From: Porphyridium purpureum
Lineage: Eukaryota
Length of the DNA stretch: 64,000 nucleotides
NCBI GenBank assembly: GCA_008690995.1
Contig: VRMN01000011.1
Span: forward strand, 372,001 to 436,000
Reading direction: 5' to 3'
Part shown: one piece after another, positions 10,327 through 21,869 of the stretch
Numbering within the stretch: position 1 is the stretch's first letter
Layout of the letters: each line of letters starts with the position of its first letter
Made by a program: the position numbers and the translations under genes
Notes under the pieces: model-generated
What the model saw: the letters and a program-made list of their open reading frames with translations, nothing else
Database searches by the model: none
What the model was told of the DNA's origin: nothing

Positions 10327-12634
10327 ACAACAACAGTTCACGCTGAACTCTGTCGTGGACGCCGGTTTGACTTCAGTGGCAGATACGGTGGCTGAGCTCG
10401 AGGCGCTGTTGCGCAAGTCTGAGCAGACACTCGAGCGTGTGGATGCGATTCGAGCAGAGATCCCGGCGGTGCGCAAGGCACTTGAAAACGTGCGACCACG
10501 GGCCGAGGCCGCGCTGCGGCAGGCACTTTCGGAGAAGGATAGTATCCGCGCTGTTTCTGCGTTACAAATGATGGAGACGTTGGGCTCCCTCGAAGACTGT
10601 GTGTCTGGCGAGGTTGTGCGGCTTGTCTCTCAAGCTCAAAACGCCATCGCTGAGGGCTTTGATCCGAATCGCAGTGTTCGCGTTGAGTCGGCGCCTTCCT
10701 CGGTGGAAAAGGAAAAAGGTGTGGGGACTACCACTATGCGCCGCGACGCATGGTTACGCATTGACATTATGTTGCGGTCGCTAACCTTATGCTGCAGCCA
10801 GGTCATTTCCTTACAAACGTTTCTAGAGAACACGCTTGGATCACGCACGCATCGCCCACTGATTGAGTCACTTAACAAAGCAGACACGATATCGCTTTCC
10901 AAGCGCGAAGAGAACAGATATGAATTACGCGGTGGCGCATCCGGCTCGTCAACGTCGATCGTGAGCTCATTCCTGCACATCGTATCCGGCTCCCTTTATG
11001 AAGTACTTGACAATCTGATGCGCAGCAAACCCCGCACTGCGGCAGGTGACCTACTGAAAACGCTCGTTGGTGACTATTTTCGTGTGAGAGGGCTGTTTAA
11101 CGCATTCGTTGATGATTTGTACCGTGGATGCGTGATGGTAGCGACAAACATGAACGCAGGTAACAACTTTTCGTCGTTCAGCGCCCCCGTTGTTACTCGA
11201 AAGGAGCTGGACAAATACCTCATTGAGGCCACAGCACCATTGGAAACGACGTACTTTCAAGGCGCAGTGGCCAAAATGCTTGAGTCTGTGCGTAACATAT
11301 TTACAGAGCTGGAACCGATCAAGGACATGCACTCGGGCCTGCAAAAGCAAGAGAGGCATACGTATGCTTTGCTTGCACTTGTGGGTAGAGGCTACCTTGA
11401 TGCGCAGGAGGATGTCCGCATGGTAGTCAAGCTGATGAAAAATGTTTCGCGCGTGCTCGATGCCATGTCGTCGCGCGCAAATGACGTTCTGGCTGTTCAG
11501 AAGGGCCGCCCCCACCCTGTGATCGAGCTCTGCGTGCCGATTTGTAACGCGGTGTCCTGCATCACACAGGTCGTTTCGGATATCTTTTCGCCCCTGGCGG
11601 CCACCGGGGCCACCCCAGGCGCCGCAGAAGGCGATGCAAAGATCAAAGCTTCCGCCGAGGACGTGAAGCCGTTCTCTGAGTCTGGATTTGAGATTTCGGT
11701 CAAGTTTCGGCAGGAAAAACTGGTGCTGCGGGAGTGTGTCAGTGAGCTGCTCGAGAAGACAGGCGGGCTGGGCACGTTGGCCTCAAGCTTCTTAAATCTA
11801 CTCTTGATCCAAACACGCGATCAAACGAGAAAACTATTGGAACAGTATGACTCGTCTGTGCGTGGCTCACAGGTGAGCAGCTCTGATGGCATCGGCACAG
11901 CTCCGTTCCAAGGCGCGCCGTCCAAGCACATCGTGCAGCTTGTAGAGGTGCTACAGAGAACGCATGATCAGTGGCTTTCGTTCTGCGTTGGCTCGGACGA
12001 AATGGATGCCTTGTGCTCTCGTTTCGCGCAGGATACGCTGAGCGAGTTTATGCTTACCGCTGCGCTCGCTGGACTGAATACCGAGAAGTCGCGATTACAG
12101 TTTGCAACCGATGCCACCCAGCTTTCGCTTGCTTTGAGCATGCACATATGCTCGATGCGTGAGCTAGAAGGCCAGCAAGACCAGCTGCAGGCCATGCAGC
12201 AGCTCTTGTTTGTCGAAACGGCGGAGCTGGAGTCCATAGATACTGAGGCTGGCAGCGCAAGTACGCTGGACGTGCTTCGCCGGGCCGGCATCAAAATATG
12301 GCTCCCGCACCTATTATCGCGACACCCTGCTCTATACCGCGCGTTTTTTGTGGACAATCTCAAGCTCAACTCACACGAGCAGCAGACCAAATGGTGTTTG
12401 GAAACCGAGGACTCGGAAATGAGTGCTCGTCTGTTGGCGTACTTTGATTTTCAATCCGATTCCGCTCTGGCTTCCATGACTCCACAAGGCCAAAGTCCAG
12501 TGAAGCAGCACCAGCGGGAACCATCGCTTGCTGTTGGCGACCAGCAGTCAGCAGCCGCCCACTTGACCACGTTGTGCAAGCTTCTCCATCCGTCGGCAAC
12601 AGCAGCCACAAGTGCAAGCGAGGCCTCGTGGTGA
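9749..12634 (+). CDS. COG5: Conserved oligomeric Golgi complex subunit 5; reading frame interrupted by two TAG codons in a polyQ tract
   Basis: ORFs 9749-10285 and 10355-12634 are in the same frame. COG5-like motifs on both sides: FDVNAHV, QVREEVIRRQDALL, LRNMHSVAQLLR..RF....KRL, then SALQMMETLGSL and RLQFATDATQL. Confidence 0.8.
10277..10336 (+). repeat. (CAG/CAA)n polyglutamine tract containing two TAG codons
   Basis: 20 codons: 18 Gln, with TAG at 10283-10285 and 10292-10294. Confidence 0.95.
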
Positions 12635-13679
12635 GATATCCGACGCAGACTACCCTTTTGCCGATAACATGTACGTCAAGCCGCCGTTTGTGGCAATGAC
12701 AGAGAAATAAAGGAAAAGAGCGAACAGGAGGAGGAAGAACAGACGAGGCTGGCACGAGAGACTGCCACCGGTGCGGAGACGAGGGTATCGTGCATCAAGC
12801 CGCCCGAGGCCAAAGCGCTTCAAGGGAGGGTACGCCAAGCATGCCAAGCAAATGGTCCTCAGGAGCATCGCTTGGGATGGTTTGGTGACTTCCAAACGAC
12901 TTGAAATTCCTGCATCGGACGCATCACTACGCGGATGCGCACGGAGAGCCGACGCCCGTGCGTGTGCCGCTCAGACGTACTTCATCCGACGTGAGTGGCA
13001 GCCTCTGGGCCCGCGAACTGCACGGCAGCTTGAGCATTTGCCGAATGGCTCTCGAGGCCTCTGGCGAAGCACGAACGCTCCTACTCTGCGCCATCGGCAC
13101 CCAACTTGTGCACGAGCACACGGTCTTCGGGGACTTGCTCGAAGACCAAGTACAGCGACGACCAGCCGCGGTTCAGTCATCGCTCACGCATGCCCTAAAA
13201 GTATCATCAAACGGGTGCGTTTTATCAGATAGACGCGGGTACAGTGTACCGCGTGTACCCAAGCCGATAGGCGCCGTAGGGTTTCGGCCCAAGTCGGTGC
13301 GGCCGAGGCGCGCGGTGCGTGCGTGCGTTCGGGCAGTGGTACGGATTGAACTCGACACTCGCGGACGGCGACAACGACGACAGGCCGGACGCGAAGGGCA
13401 GTCGTAAGCGCTGATGCCCGACTGCGTCGCTTCACGTTGCTTGTCGCGTGCGCGCTGCGTGTGCCTCCCCTCGTGGTTGCTTGGATACGGCTTGGTCGCG
13501 CCGTGGCGTCGGACCGTGCGGGCGGCGTTGGAATTTTCGATTGCACATTGCGGTGGCTGTTGACGGGGGGTGTAAGGTGCGCCTGTGGTGCTGTAAATGT
13601 GGCAGTGACGGTTGCAAGTACGTCGTCGAAGCGTGAGCGAAAGAACCTGCACCGGGTTTGCACACCAGGGCAAGTCAGG

Positions 13680-16600
13680 ATGTGGGCTGTACTGGGCTTC
13701 ATCACGGCGGGATTTCCACGTCCGTGTGTCTATGTAGCGCACCACGAATGGGCGTCCCACTCGACGTCATCGCTCACGCGATCACCCGCGTGTAGACTTG
13801 GCGTAATCCGTTCTGTCCGGACGAGTCGTACGTATGTGTGCCATTTAACAGGAATGGCAGCCACGCGGACAGGGGCAGCGGGAGGCGATGATTTGGATGC
13901 CTTTATGGAAGACGTGGAGCTGAATGAGTTGAATGAAATGCTAGATTCGGTAGTCCAGGCCACAGCTCCCGAATCAGGTAAAAAAGTTGCCGCCTCGTCC
14001 CGGTCAAGGGGCAGGAAGACAGGCCCTGCAACCAGTTCAAAGAGTGATGCGCGCCGGGGAGCGAGTTTAGACTCCTTTTCGCCATTCGATGATGACGATG
14101 ATGAAAGTATGCCCCGAGCTGGCGGCTCCAGCAGTTTCGACGATGCCGCAGGTCTTTTCAGCACAAGGAAGCGGCGTCCGTCCCCAAAGTCTTCAGATTC
14201 CGGCCAGACTCATGGCAGCAGCGGGGTACCCTCGCCGCAAGCAAGGAGCAGTACTGGCAAGAAGAGTGAGCCCTTGCAGACAGAGGACGAAATTCTGGAT
14301 TTTCTGGACAGTTTCATGAACGAAGACGAATCCGCGGTGCCCGTGCCGACCCCGAACGCCCGGAAAATATCTGGTTCTGTGTCTGGCCGTGCTTCCAAAT
14401 GGGATGAAAGCGAGCTTATATCTGATGAAAGCGACAAAACGGGCGCGAAGAGGGTTCCGGGACGACGTTCTCCACGCGTTGCCGATGCTGATCACGATGA
14501 TGATGGCGATGACAACGACGATGACAACGACGACGACGAAGGCTTTGTTGACGCTTCTGCACCTGAAGAAACGCATACCCTTGATGAGTATGAGGATGAA
14601 GACGATGACGACGATGATGATGACGACGACGATGATGAAAGTTCTTTGTTCACAGCGTATGAGCCGGCAAATGAAAAAAGGAAGATACCTCGATATGATG
14701 GTACGTCTTCATTTGACCCTTCGTTGGATCGCAGGAGGTCATCCATCCACCATGAAGGTCGTGACGGTGCTGCCAACGCTGGTGCTCGTAGCGTTCGATT
14801 TGAGAGCCGAGGCCAGAATCGAAGGGGAGGTGCGGAGACAGATCAAGCTCTCCGCGATGTTGTAACTCAAGTGAAGAGTTTGCGGAAAGATGGGGACACA
14901 GAGAGCGCTCTGAGGTTGCTTGAGAATCATTTTAGTGACCAGTTCCCACCGCCTGTGAATTCCCTTACCTCCTTTGCCTTAGTCGAGTGGTTCATGCTTC
15001 TCGCAAAAGGCCCGACGGCAGAAGCCGCTCATAACAAGGCACGTGCGCAGAATCTGTTTGATTGGTGCGCGCCTCTGCCGCTTCTATTGAACTCGTACGC
15101 AGCTGACGCCTTCTTTAAGGCGTTTGGATCACAATTATCAATCACCGAACTTCGCCAAGCGCTCGACAAATATCGGTCAAGTGGCGGGAGCCACTCGCCG
15201 GATCCTCAGGTGTATAATACATGCATGCACCAGATGAGCTTGCAAGGCGATTTTCAGGCCGTAGAAGAGGTCTTCAGCCTTCTCAAGCAGGACGGCAAGA
15301 AGCTGGACGTGTATTCTTTCACGATCATGATTAATGCATGCGCAGAAGCGCATGCCGTAGAAGCGGCGATCATCGCGTACGAGGGCATGAAGGATTACGG
15401 CGTTGTGCCGAACGCAACCACCAAAAACTCGTTCTTGAAAGTCTTCGCGCGTGTCGGTGATGTGGACCGGCTGCGAAATTACTTTGACGAATTGTTTGTG
15501 CCAGAGATGCTTGAACATATGCAAAAAACGGACAAGCTCGAAACAAAGTACGGAATTAACGGGGAAAGTTCCGAAGGTGATGATGAGGCAGACTTGAGCT
15601 TTTTGGATACCGACGATGATGTCGTTGACGAACAGGCTAATGAAAAGGCGTCTGAAGGCGTTCCGGATTCATATGATCAGGATGACAGCCCGGATACTGT
15701 GACGTACGCAATTTTAATCAACGCATTCGCCAAGGAAGGAAATATTTCTGCCGTACTTGAATTTGTGAGGCACTTGGGTGAAGTGGATGCGCATATTTTA
15801 TGCACGGTTTTGAACGGATGTGCTGAAGCGAAGATGGGTGAACTTGCTCTCGAAATTTTTGCCGACATGACCGCGGCGGATGGTGTGTACAAAGTGGTGC
15901 CAAACATCCAATGCTACAATGCTGTGATCAAGGCGCTTTCCAGTTCAAGAATGTTGGCCGAGGCGGTTCACTTCTTCGTCCGAATGCGCCTCGAAGGGCT
16001 CGTGCAGCCGGGTGAGATCACGTTCAACACCCTTGTGAACATGTTTGGGCGCGAAGGCAAGGTGACAAACGCGCTCGAGGTCATGAAGCAGATGAGGAAG
16101 GATCACGTCGATCCATCATTGTACACATACACGTCACTGCTTAACGCATGCGCCGAGTCCAAGCGGCCAGACTTGGCCGATGCCGTGCTGAAAGAAATGA
16201 AGTATTTCGGTGTCGAGCCAGATATTACGTGCTGGAATGCTGCGCTGAAGGCGCGCGCAGTCTGTGGCCACGCGCGTGAAGCACAGGCATTGTTTACCGA
16301 AATAGGCAAGGCCAAGAAGGGTACTGTGAAAAAGAATACGATTACGTATAACACAATGATCTGGCTGCTTGTACAGCGCGCCAACTTCCGGGCCGCCATC
16401 GAAATGTTGGAACGCATGGAAACCGAGGACCCGCCCGTGCACCCAGACGACATCACATTTGCGGTGTTCTTCCAAGCGTTCAACAATGAGCGCAAGGGCT
16501 GGCTTAGCGTAAAAATGTACAAGGAGAGACGTGCTCAGGTGATAGCGACTGCCTCAATGGATTCGTACGCCCCACTGCTACGATCAGTGCTTTTTTCGCG

Positions 16601-16901
16601 TGAGAGAACGCCGGATGACATTGACTTGGTCCTCAAAGATATGCGCACTACGAGGCTCATTTCGGACGACAGGATATACGCCACGCTGTATGACACTTTT
16701 GTGGGCGGCAATGGTGCATTTCGTGAGGGGCTTCAAATCCTGGACCAACTTGCCAAGCGCGATATCCGGCGGCAGAAGGCTGCACGTCGCAAGCGCGGTG
16801 CCGACAGTTTCTTTGTGTATGGGCAGCTTGAGGCTTCTGTTAAGCAGCCAAACGCGTTCTCCGCAACCTCCCGACCACCACGGTCGTCAACGAGGACGTA
16901 G
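13680..16901 (+). CDS. Pentatricopeptide repeat (PPR) protein with a long acidic low-complexity N-terminal region; probably organellar; start uncertain (13680 or 13854)
   Basis: Repeated ~35-aa units: PDPQVYNTCM, LDVYSFTIMINAC, PNIQCYNAVIKAL, PGEITFNTLVNMFGREG, PSLYTYTSLLNAC, PDITCWNAAL, NTITYNTMI. Confidence 0.92.
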   Translation: MWAVLGFITAGFPRPCVYVAHHEWASHSTSSLTRSPACRLGVIRSVRTSRTYVCHLTGMAATRTGAAGGDDLDAFMEDVELNELNEMLDSVVQATAPESGKKVAASSRSRGRKTGPATSSKSDARRGASLDSFSPFDDDDDESMPRAGGSSSFDDAAGLFSTRKRRPSPKSSDSGQTHGSSGVPSPQARSSTGKKSEPLQTEDEILDFLDSFMNEDESAVPVPTPNARKISGSVSGRASKWDESELISDESDKTGAKRVPGRRSPRVADADHDDDGDDNDDDNDDDEGFVDASAPEETHTLDEYEDEDDDDDDDDDDDDESSLFTAYEPANEKRKIPRYDGTSSFDPSLDRRRSSIHHEGRDGAANAGARSVRFESRGQNRRGGAETDQALRDVVTQVKSLRKDGDTESALRLLENHFSDQFPPPVNSLTSFALVEWFMLLAKGPTAEAAHNKARAQNLFDWCAPLPLLLNSYAADAFFKAFGSQLSITELRQALDKYRSSGGSHSPDPQVYNTCMHQMSLQGDFQAVEEVFSLLKQDGKKLDVYSFTIMINACAEAHAVEAAIIAYEGMKDYGVVPNATTKNSFLKVFARVGDVDRLRNYFDELFVPEMLEHMQKTDKLETKYGINGESSEGDDEADLSFLDTDDDVVDEQANEKASEGVPDSYDQDDSPDTVTYAILINAFAKEGNISAVLEFVRHLGEVDAHILCTVLNGCAEAKMGELALEIFADMTAADGVYKVVPNIQCYNAVIKALSSSRMLAEAVHFFVRMRLEGLVQPGEITFNTLVNMFGREGKVTNALEVMKQMRKDHVDPSLYTYTSLLNACAESKRPDLADAVLKEMKYFGVEPDITCWNAALKARAVCGHAREAQALFTEIGKAKKGTVKKNTITYNTMIWLLVQRANFRAAIEMLERMETEDPPVHPDDITFAVFFQAFNNERKGWLSVKMYKERRAQVIATASMDSYAPLLRSVLFSRERTPDDIDLVLKDMRTTRLISDDRIYATLYDTFVGGNGAFREGLQILDQLAKRDIRRQKAARRKRGADSFFVYGQLEASVKQPNAFSATSRPPRSSTRT

Positions 16902-17078
16902 CGGTGCGTCGCCGCCAGAACGAAATCATGATCTCGAGAGGCTTTGTGTACGTAGGGAAGAAAAGAAGAGAAAAATTAAACGGCAGCAAGAGAGTGGTTG
17001 GGGTACTCGGAGTCTGAACGTTATGAAGCTTCGATTCAGTGGCCTCTGAACGTGAATCGCTGCCAATCTGTGCGGGTC

Positions 17079-18143
17079 ATGAGCTGGGCTTGGTCAGTCT
17101 TCCCCGCCGGGGCGCTGTTCCGCGTGGTTGCTCGTGAGCGTGGAGCTGTCCAGGTGTGTGCACGCTCGCATTCTTTGTTTGCGGCTGCTCCACAACTAAT
17201 CGGAAGCATAGATACTTCGAGAAGAACAGGCGCAAGAAGTCGGCGAAGCGCGTCGTGCGCTGCGATTTCCTCGCCGGCAATGTCTGACGGGGAAGCGGTC
17301 GATGCGGATCTTTCTCAAATTCCCGATTGTCATTTCCTGATCTTGGATAAGCCGTACGGCGAGACGTCAGCGGCAGTGGTCGAGACGGCCAAAAGATGTC
17401 TCGGCAACTTGTACAAGGCCAGCCTGCAGACGCGGTACGATGAATACCAAACTACGCATGCCAGCATCGGACAAAAAGGTGGTAAGCGGCTCAAGTATCT
17501 CAAAGTCGGCCATGGCGGGACGCTGGACCCTTTCGCGACAGGCGTTTTGGTTCTTGGTATCGAGGGCGGAACCAAGCTCTTGGATCGTTTTCTGTCGGGC
17601 TCAAAGGCATACGAGTGCACAGCGCACTTTGGCGTGGCTACAAACACACAAGATGTGACCGGGGATAACATCGAGAATCGTCCTTATTCCCACGTGACCA
17701 AGCAGGCCCTGGACGCGATGATCCATGCGCGCTTTTTAGGAGAGATCATGCAAATCCCACCAATGTACTCGGCGCTCAAGGTGAATGGCAAGCGGTTATA
17801 CGAGTATGCACGTGCCAATCTTTCTGTCAAAGTTGATCCGCGGCCAATTCAAATCCTAGCTCTTGAAGTTCTCGAAGTGGATCTCCCTCGCGTGAAATTC
17901 CGGGTCGAGTGCGGAGGCGGCACATATGTGCGGACACTGATTCACGATCTTGCTCACGCAGTCGACTCGTGCGCCCATCTCACGCAGCTTCGACGCACAC
18001 GATGCGGCATGTTTAGTCTTGAGAATGCCATTTCCGCCGACAGAGATTACTTGCGTAGCCTAGGACCTGAGCTCGCGCGTCACCTTACGCATGCTGACGC
18101 AATCATAGCAGGTAGGTCGGGTCCCACTGATGCCACCCAATAG
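17079..18143 (+). CDS. truB: tRNA pseudouridine(55) synthase TruB family, copy 1 (canonical active site)
   Basis: LDKPYG, KVGHGGTLDPFATGVL, KAY, QIPPMYSALKVNGKRLYEYAR, CGGGTYVRTLIHDL and LRRTRCG. Confidence 0.95.
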   Translation: MSWAWSVFPAGALFRVVARERGAVQVCARSHSLFAAAPQLIGSIDTSRRTGARSRRSASCAAISSPAMSDGEAVDADLSQIPDCHFLILDKPYGETSAAVVETAKRCLGNLYKASLQTRYDEYQTTHASIGQKGGKRLKYLKVGHGGTLDPFATGVLVLGIEGGTKLLDRFLSGSKAYECTAHFGVATNTQDVTGDNIENRPYSHVTKQALDAMIHARFLGEIMQIPPMYSALKVNGKRLYEYARANLSVKVDPRPIQILALEVLEVDLPRVKFRVECGGGTYVRTLIHDLAHAVDSCAHLTQLRRTRCGMFSLENAISADRDYLRSLGPELARHLTHADAIIAGRSGPTDATQ

Positions 18144-18604
18144 CATCATTTTCGCCAGATTCCGCCGCCCGTTGCGAGTCACGGCATGCTAAACAGCCAG
18201 AGAGGTCCTGGACAATGTGCACGTCCAATGAAGACTTAACCATGACGCCTGGTGGCCCAGAATCACGGATGCTGGAGCAACTTGCATTTGGACTGCGGCA
18301 CGTTTCCAACTCTGGAGCTGGCACGGGTGAAAGCCTGCGAGCTTGAACTCTAGCAGGAGCAGGACTCGGTCGCATCTCACTATCCTTTGGTGGATGGAGG
18401 GTGACTAGCTCTTGTCTACCTTCAAGCGCTGAATTTCGGAACGTCGAAGGCATCATTTCGCCCGGCTGCAACGGCAGCCTGGACTCGTCTAACTTGCGGC
18501 TGCCCTGGAACATGACAGAGGTAGCGTATACACTTCGCAGTAAAGAATTCGAAGCTTGCGTAAAATGGTAACAGCGCAGCGATTGAGTGCAGAGGAACGA
18601 TACC

Positions 18605-20135
18605 ATGAGACGTTTTGGGGGATCGCAGTGGTCATCTCTCTTGTCCGCGGCGGGACATGCGGCAGGAGCGGCGTCGCGCGCTCGGAGCGGCGCGATATGG
18701 ATGTATTCGCTGCCGACGTGTTTCTTGCGCGAGCATGGATTCCGGCAACAGGGAAAAAAAACAGAGAAGGAGAAAGATGTCCGTGACGGACGTTCGGAAA
18801 AGGCGAAAGGTGACGGATATCAGGTATGATCGCGCGAAGAAAGGGGCGGAGGAAACGGGTTTGACCAAGGTTCCGGAGTGCTTTTTCTTGGTGCTGGATA
18901 AGCCAAGAGGACGGATGGCGCAGATGGTTGTCAACCAGGCAAGGACAAGCTTGGGAAACGTGTATGAAGACGCGCTGATGATGCGGTACCTGGAGTACCA
19001 AGCCAAACACTTGGTACGCGACAAGCGAACCGGCCTTCGAACCAAGGATGGCAAGAAATTGAAAAGCTTGGCAGTGGACTACGCTGCTGGGCGTAGCGGT
19101 TTGGACCCACTTGTGTCGGGCTTACTTCCACTCGCATTCGAAGGCGCCATAAAGCTCCTGCACCAATTCATGGATGGGATGCAGGAGTATGAATGTACGG
19201 CTCAATTCGGGGTAGGCACAGATGTTGATGACCTGGCAGGGAAAATGGTGGGGACGGGTCCGTTCTTGCACGTTACAAAGGAGTTATTGGAATCGGAAAT
19301 CCAGGCAAATTTCTTGGGCGACATTATGCAAGTACCACCTACATATCCAAGCTTCAAAATGCGAAATCAGGTTCTCGTCATGGTTCCCAATAAGAAGGCA
19401 GCCAAAGAGCACGCACAGCCACAGACAGCACACATTGGAGCATTTGAGGTCCTCGAGGTCGATGTCCCTCGCGCGCGCTTCCGCATCGAGTGCTCTCGCG
19501 GTACATATATTCGTGCCCTTATCCGCGACTTGGCGCTCGCAATCGGCTCGCGTGCCACTTGTACATCGGTGAGGCGCACACGCTGTGGCGTGTTCACTCT
19601 CGAACAGTCCATTTCAGGAGATGAGAATCATCTGAAAGCGCTAGGCAATCAGCTGAGCAACCACATCGTCCATGCTAATAGCCTCGTACCTGGCAGCTGG
19701 AATACAGAGAAACATAGGGTGATGTTTCTATCCAAGGCCAAAGAAGGGGCAGAGGCGAAGGACAAAGAGACAGCTCATAAAGAGCATACAGTCCAGGGAA
19801 ATGCAGAATGCGAAAGTGTGTCAAATTCAGAAACACTCGGGCGCAGCCAAGACGAGTTGGGTATCCCATTTGAATGCGCTGACAAAGACGAGACTCTTTC
19901 CAACCGCCAAGGCCCGGAAAAGGGTGACCAGGAACACAAACCTCGCGTAGTAGAGACAGATAACACAGGCTCTCGGGACCTGGAAGGTCATGCAGAATAC
20001 GGGGAGCAAGATATCGACGACTTTACGACGAGTGACGACGATGCCCATGATGGACAGACTTTCAAGGCCGGCTCGACGGGTCCTGCGGAGGAAGAAAAAC
20101 TGCGCGAATTGTGGGGTTTTATTGGTCGAGGTTGA
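18605..20135 (+). CDS. TruB-like paralogue copy 2; leader is out of frame with the body at the A8 run 18754-18761; acidic tail
   Basis: PECFFLVLDKPRG, SGLDPLVSGLLPL, QVPPTY and CSRGTYIRALIRDL. The leader MRRFGGSQWSSLL...WMYSLPTCFLR is in another frame. Confidence 0.85.
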
Positions 20136-20204
20136 TTAGCATTGTACCAAGGGAAGATAAAGCTGAGTATGCCTGCGTGATAAAGAATTGAATGCCTCTA
20201 CGCC

Positions 20205-21290
20205 ATGAAACGGGTCCTTTGGTCGGTGCCCACCTGCCCACGCCCGCTAGGACGCACGATGGACCCGTGGTGTGCACACGGAAGCGCGATGCGGACGGCG
20301 ACCCCGGCGCTCGTATTCGTGAGGGGGAAGAAGACATTGTCCAAGACCAAACACGCCAAGATCGAAACGATGAAGCGGTGGCAGATCAAGGTGGAGAAAT
20401 GGCATACGCGCGCGAAGGAGAAGGCGCGAGTCATGGGCTTGGAGACAGTTCCTGAATGCCATTTCTTAGTCCTGGATAAACCGGCGGGGGAAATTTGCCA
20501 ACCAATGGTGAACGTAGCCAAGAAGTTGCTTAGACTTGCGTACGGCGCCGCGATGGACATGCGATACTGCGCCTTCCAAAAGTATCGCGTCCAGGAAACG
20601 AAGCAAGAAATTGTCCTGCCCAAGGAAGGAAAGGTGTTGAGAACGCTGCCCCTTGACTATGGCACAACACTTGAAAGGTACGCGTCAGGCCTCATTGTGA
20701 TTGGTATTGAGAAGGGCGTGAAGCTTTTAGGGCAGTTTTTGGACGGTCCACACGTGTACGAATGCACGGCACAGTTTGGTACCGCGACCGACACGCTTCA
20801 CTTACAAGGCAAAGTGATTGAGGAGAGCTCGTACACCCATATTACCAAGGAATTCATGGAGGAGATGATGGAGACTTGCTTCACGGGAGACATCATGCAA
20901 GCACCACCGATAGCAAGCGGAGTTGTCTACCAGGCGATACCAGTGCAGGTTCACGCCTTCAAAGTGATTGAGTACGACTTGCCGCGCGTGCGCTTCCATG
21001 TCCGTTGTAGCGAACGCACACATGTCAGCAAGCTTGTCCACGATCTTGCTCACGCACTGAACTCAAGCGCGCATCTCACTGAGTTGAGGCGCTCACAATG
21101 TGGCTTGTTCAGCCTTGATGGCTCTATTTCTGGTGATCGAAAGTATCTGAATAGCCTGGAACCTAAACAATTGGAGAGCCACTTGAAGCATGCAAACGAC
21201 GTGAAACCTGGTAGCTGGCCTTTTGCTCCTCAGCGCGCGCGAAGGAAAGCAATACCGCGGGTCTCGCCGGCGGTCATAAGAACTGAGTGA
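20205..21290 (+). CDS. TruB-like paralogue copy 3; catalytic Asp replaced by Glu and thumb loop deleted
   Basis: PECHFLVLDKPAG, YGTTLERYASGLIV, CSERTHVSKLVHDL and LRRSQCG. Confidence 0.88.
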   Translation: MKRVLWSVPTCPRPLGRTMDPWCAHGSAMRTATPALVFVRGKKTLSKTKHAKIETMKRWQIKVEKWHTRAKEKARVMGLETVPECHFLVLDKPAGEICQPMVNVAKKLLRLAYGAAMDMRYCAFQKYRVQETKQEIVLPKEGKVLRTLPLDYGTTLERYASGLIVIGIEKGVKLLGQFLDGPHVYECTAQFGTATDTLHLQGKVIEESSYTHITKEFMEEMMETCFTGDIMQAPPIASGVVYQAIPVQVHAFKVIEYDLPRVRFHVRCSERTHVSKLVHDLAHALNSSAHLTELRRSQCGLFSLDGSISGDRKYLNSLEPKQLESHLKHANDVKPGSWPFAPQRARRKAIPRVSPAVIRTE

Positions 21291-21869
21291 GAATGGCCAC
21301 CAGTGGACAAACAGCTGCCGAAGTTTTGATGGCGGAAAGGAAAGCGTAGTATTTCGAGAACCAAGCATCAAGATGAATCGTGCTGTGATTTCAATTTGGC
21401 GAGGTCGAGTACACCGCACAGAACGCCGATGCCAATTCTGGACACACGCGAGCATTTGTATCTGCTGTCCGCTGTGTTCGCTATCACTTTACCGGTGATG
21501 CGTGTCAATTCACCGCTGGCTTGCATTCGAATGGGTGCACAGCGCTTGGCCATCCATGCACAATTATCTACTCAGCTGTCAAGGTTAACCTGCCTGTCTT
21601 GCTTTCAGCCAATGCCGGACGCGGAGACATGGACATCAAGTGATCCGGAGAGTCAATAAAGACAGATTTAAAGGCGGTCGCTCCCTCCGCATGCTGCACC
21701 AGAGCATCGTCGATATGCAGGTGTGGTGACACCCTCTGTGGCAGCCGCCGCGAAAGTGACCGTCAATGCCCTCGCGATCTTTACCGTCGATTGTTTATGA
21801 CTAAGAATTTGCGAAACCAGGCTATTGACGGTCGGCGGTTGGTGACGCAACATTGAGTTGGGCGCAATC

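Noticed and set aside
13125..13145. GAGCAAGTCCCCG on the minus strand, resembling RNase MRP CR-I
   Set aside because: I found no matching downstream CR-V (GGGGCTNA) element.
13437..13679. N-terminal extension of the 1154-aa ORF
   Set aside because: Begins at a non-ATG codon; the first in-frame ATG is at 13680.
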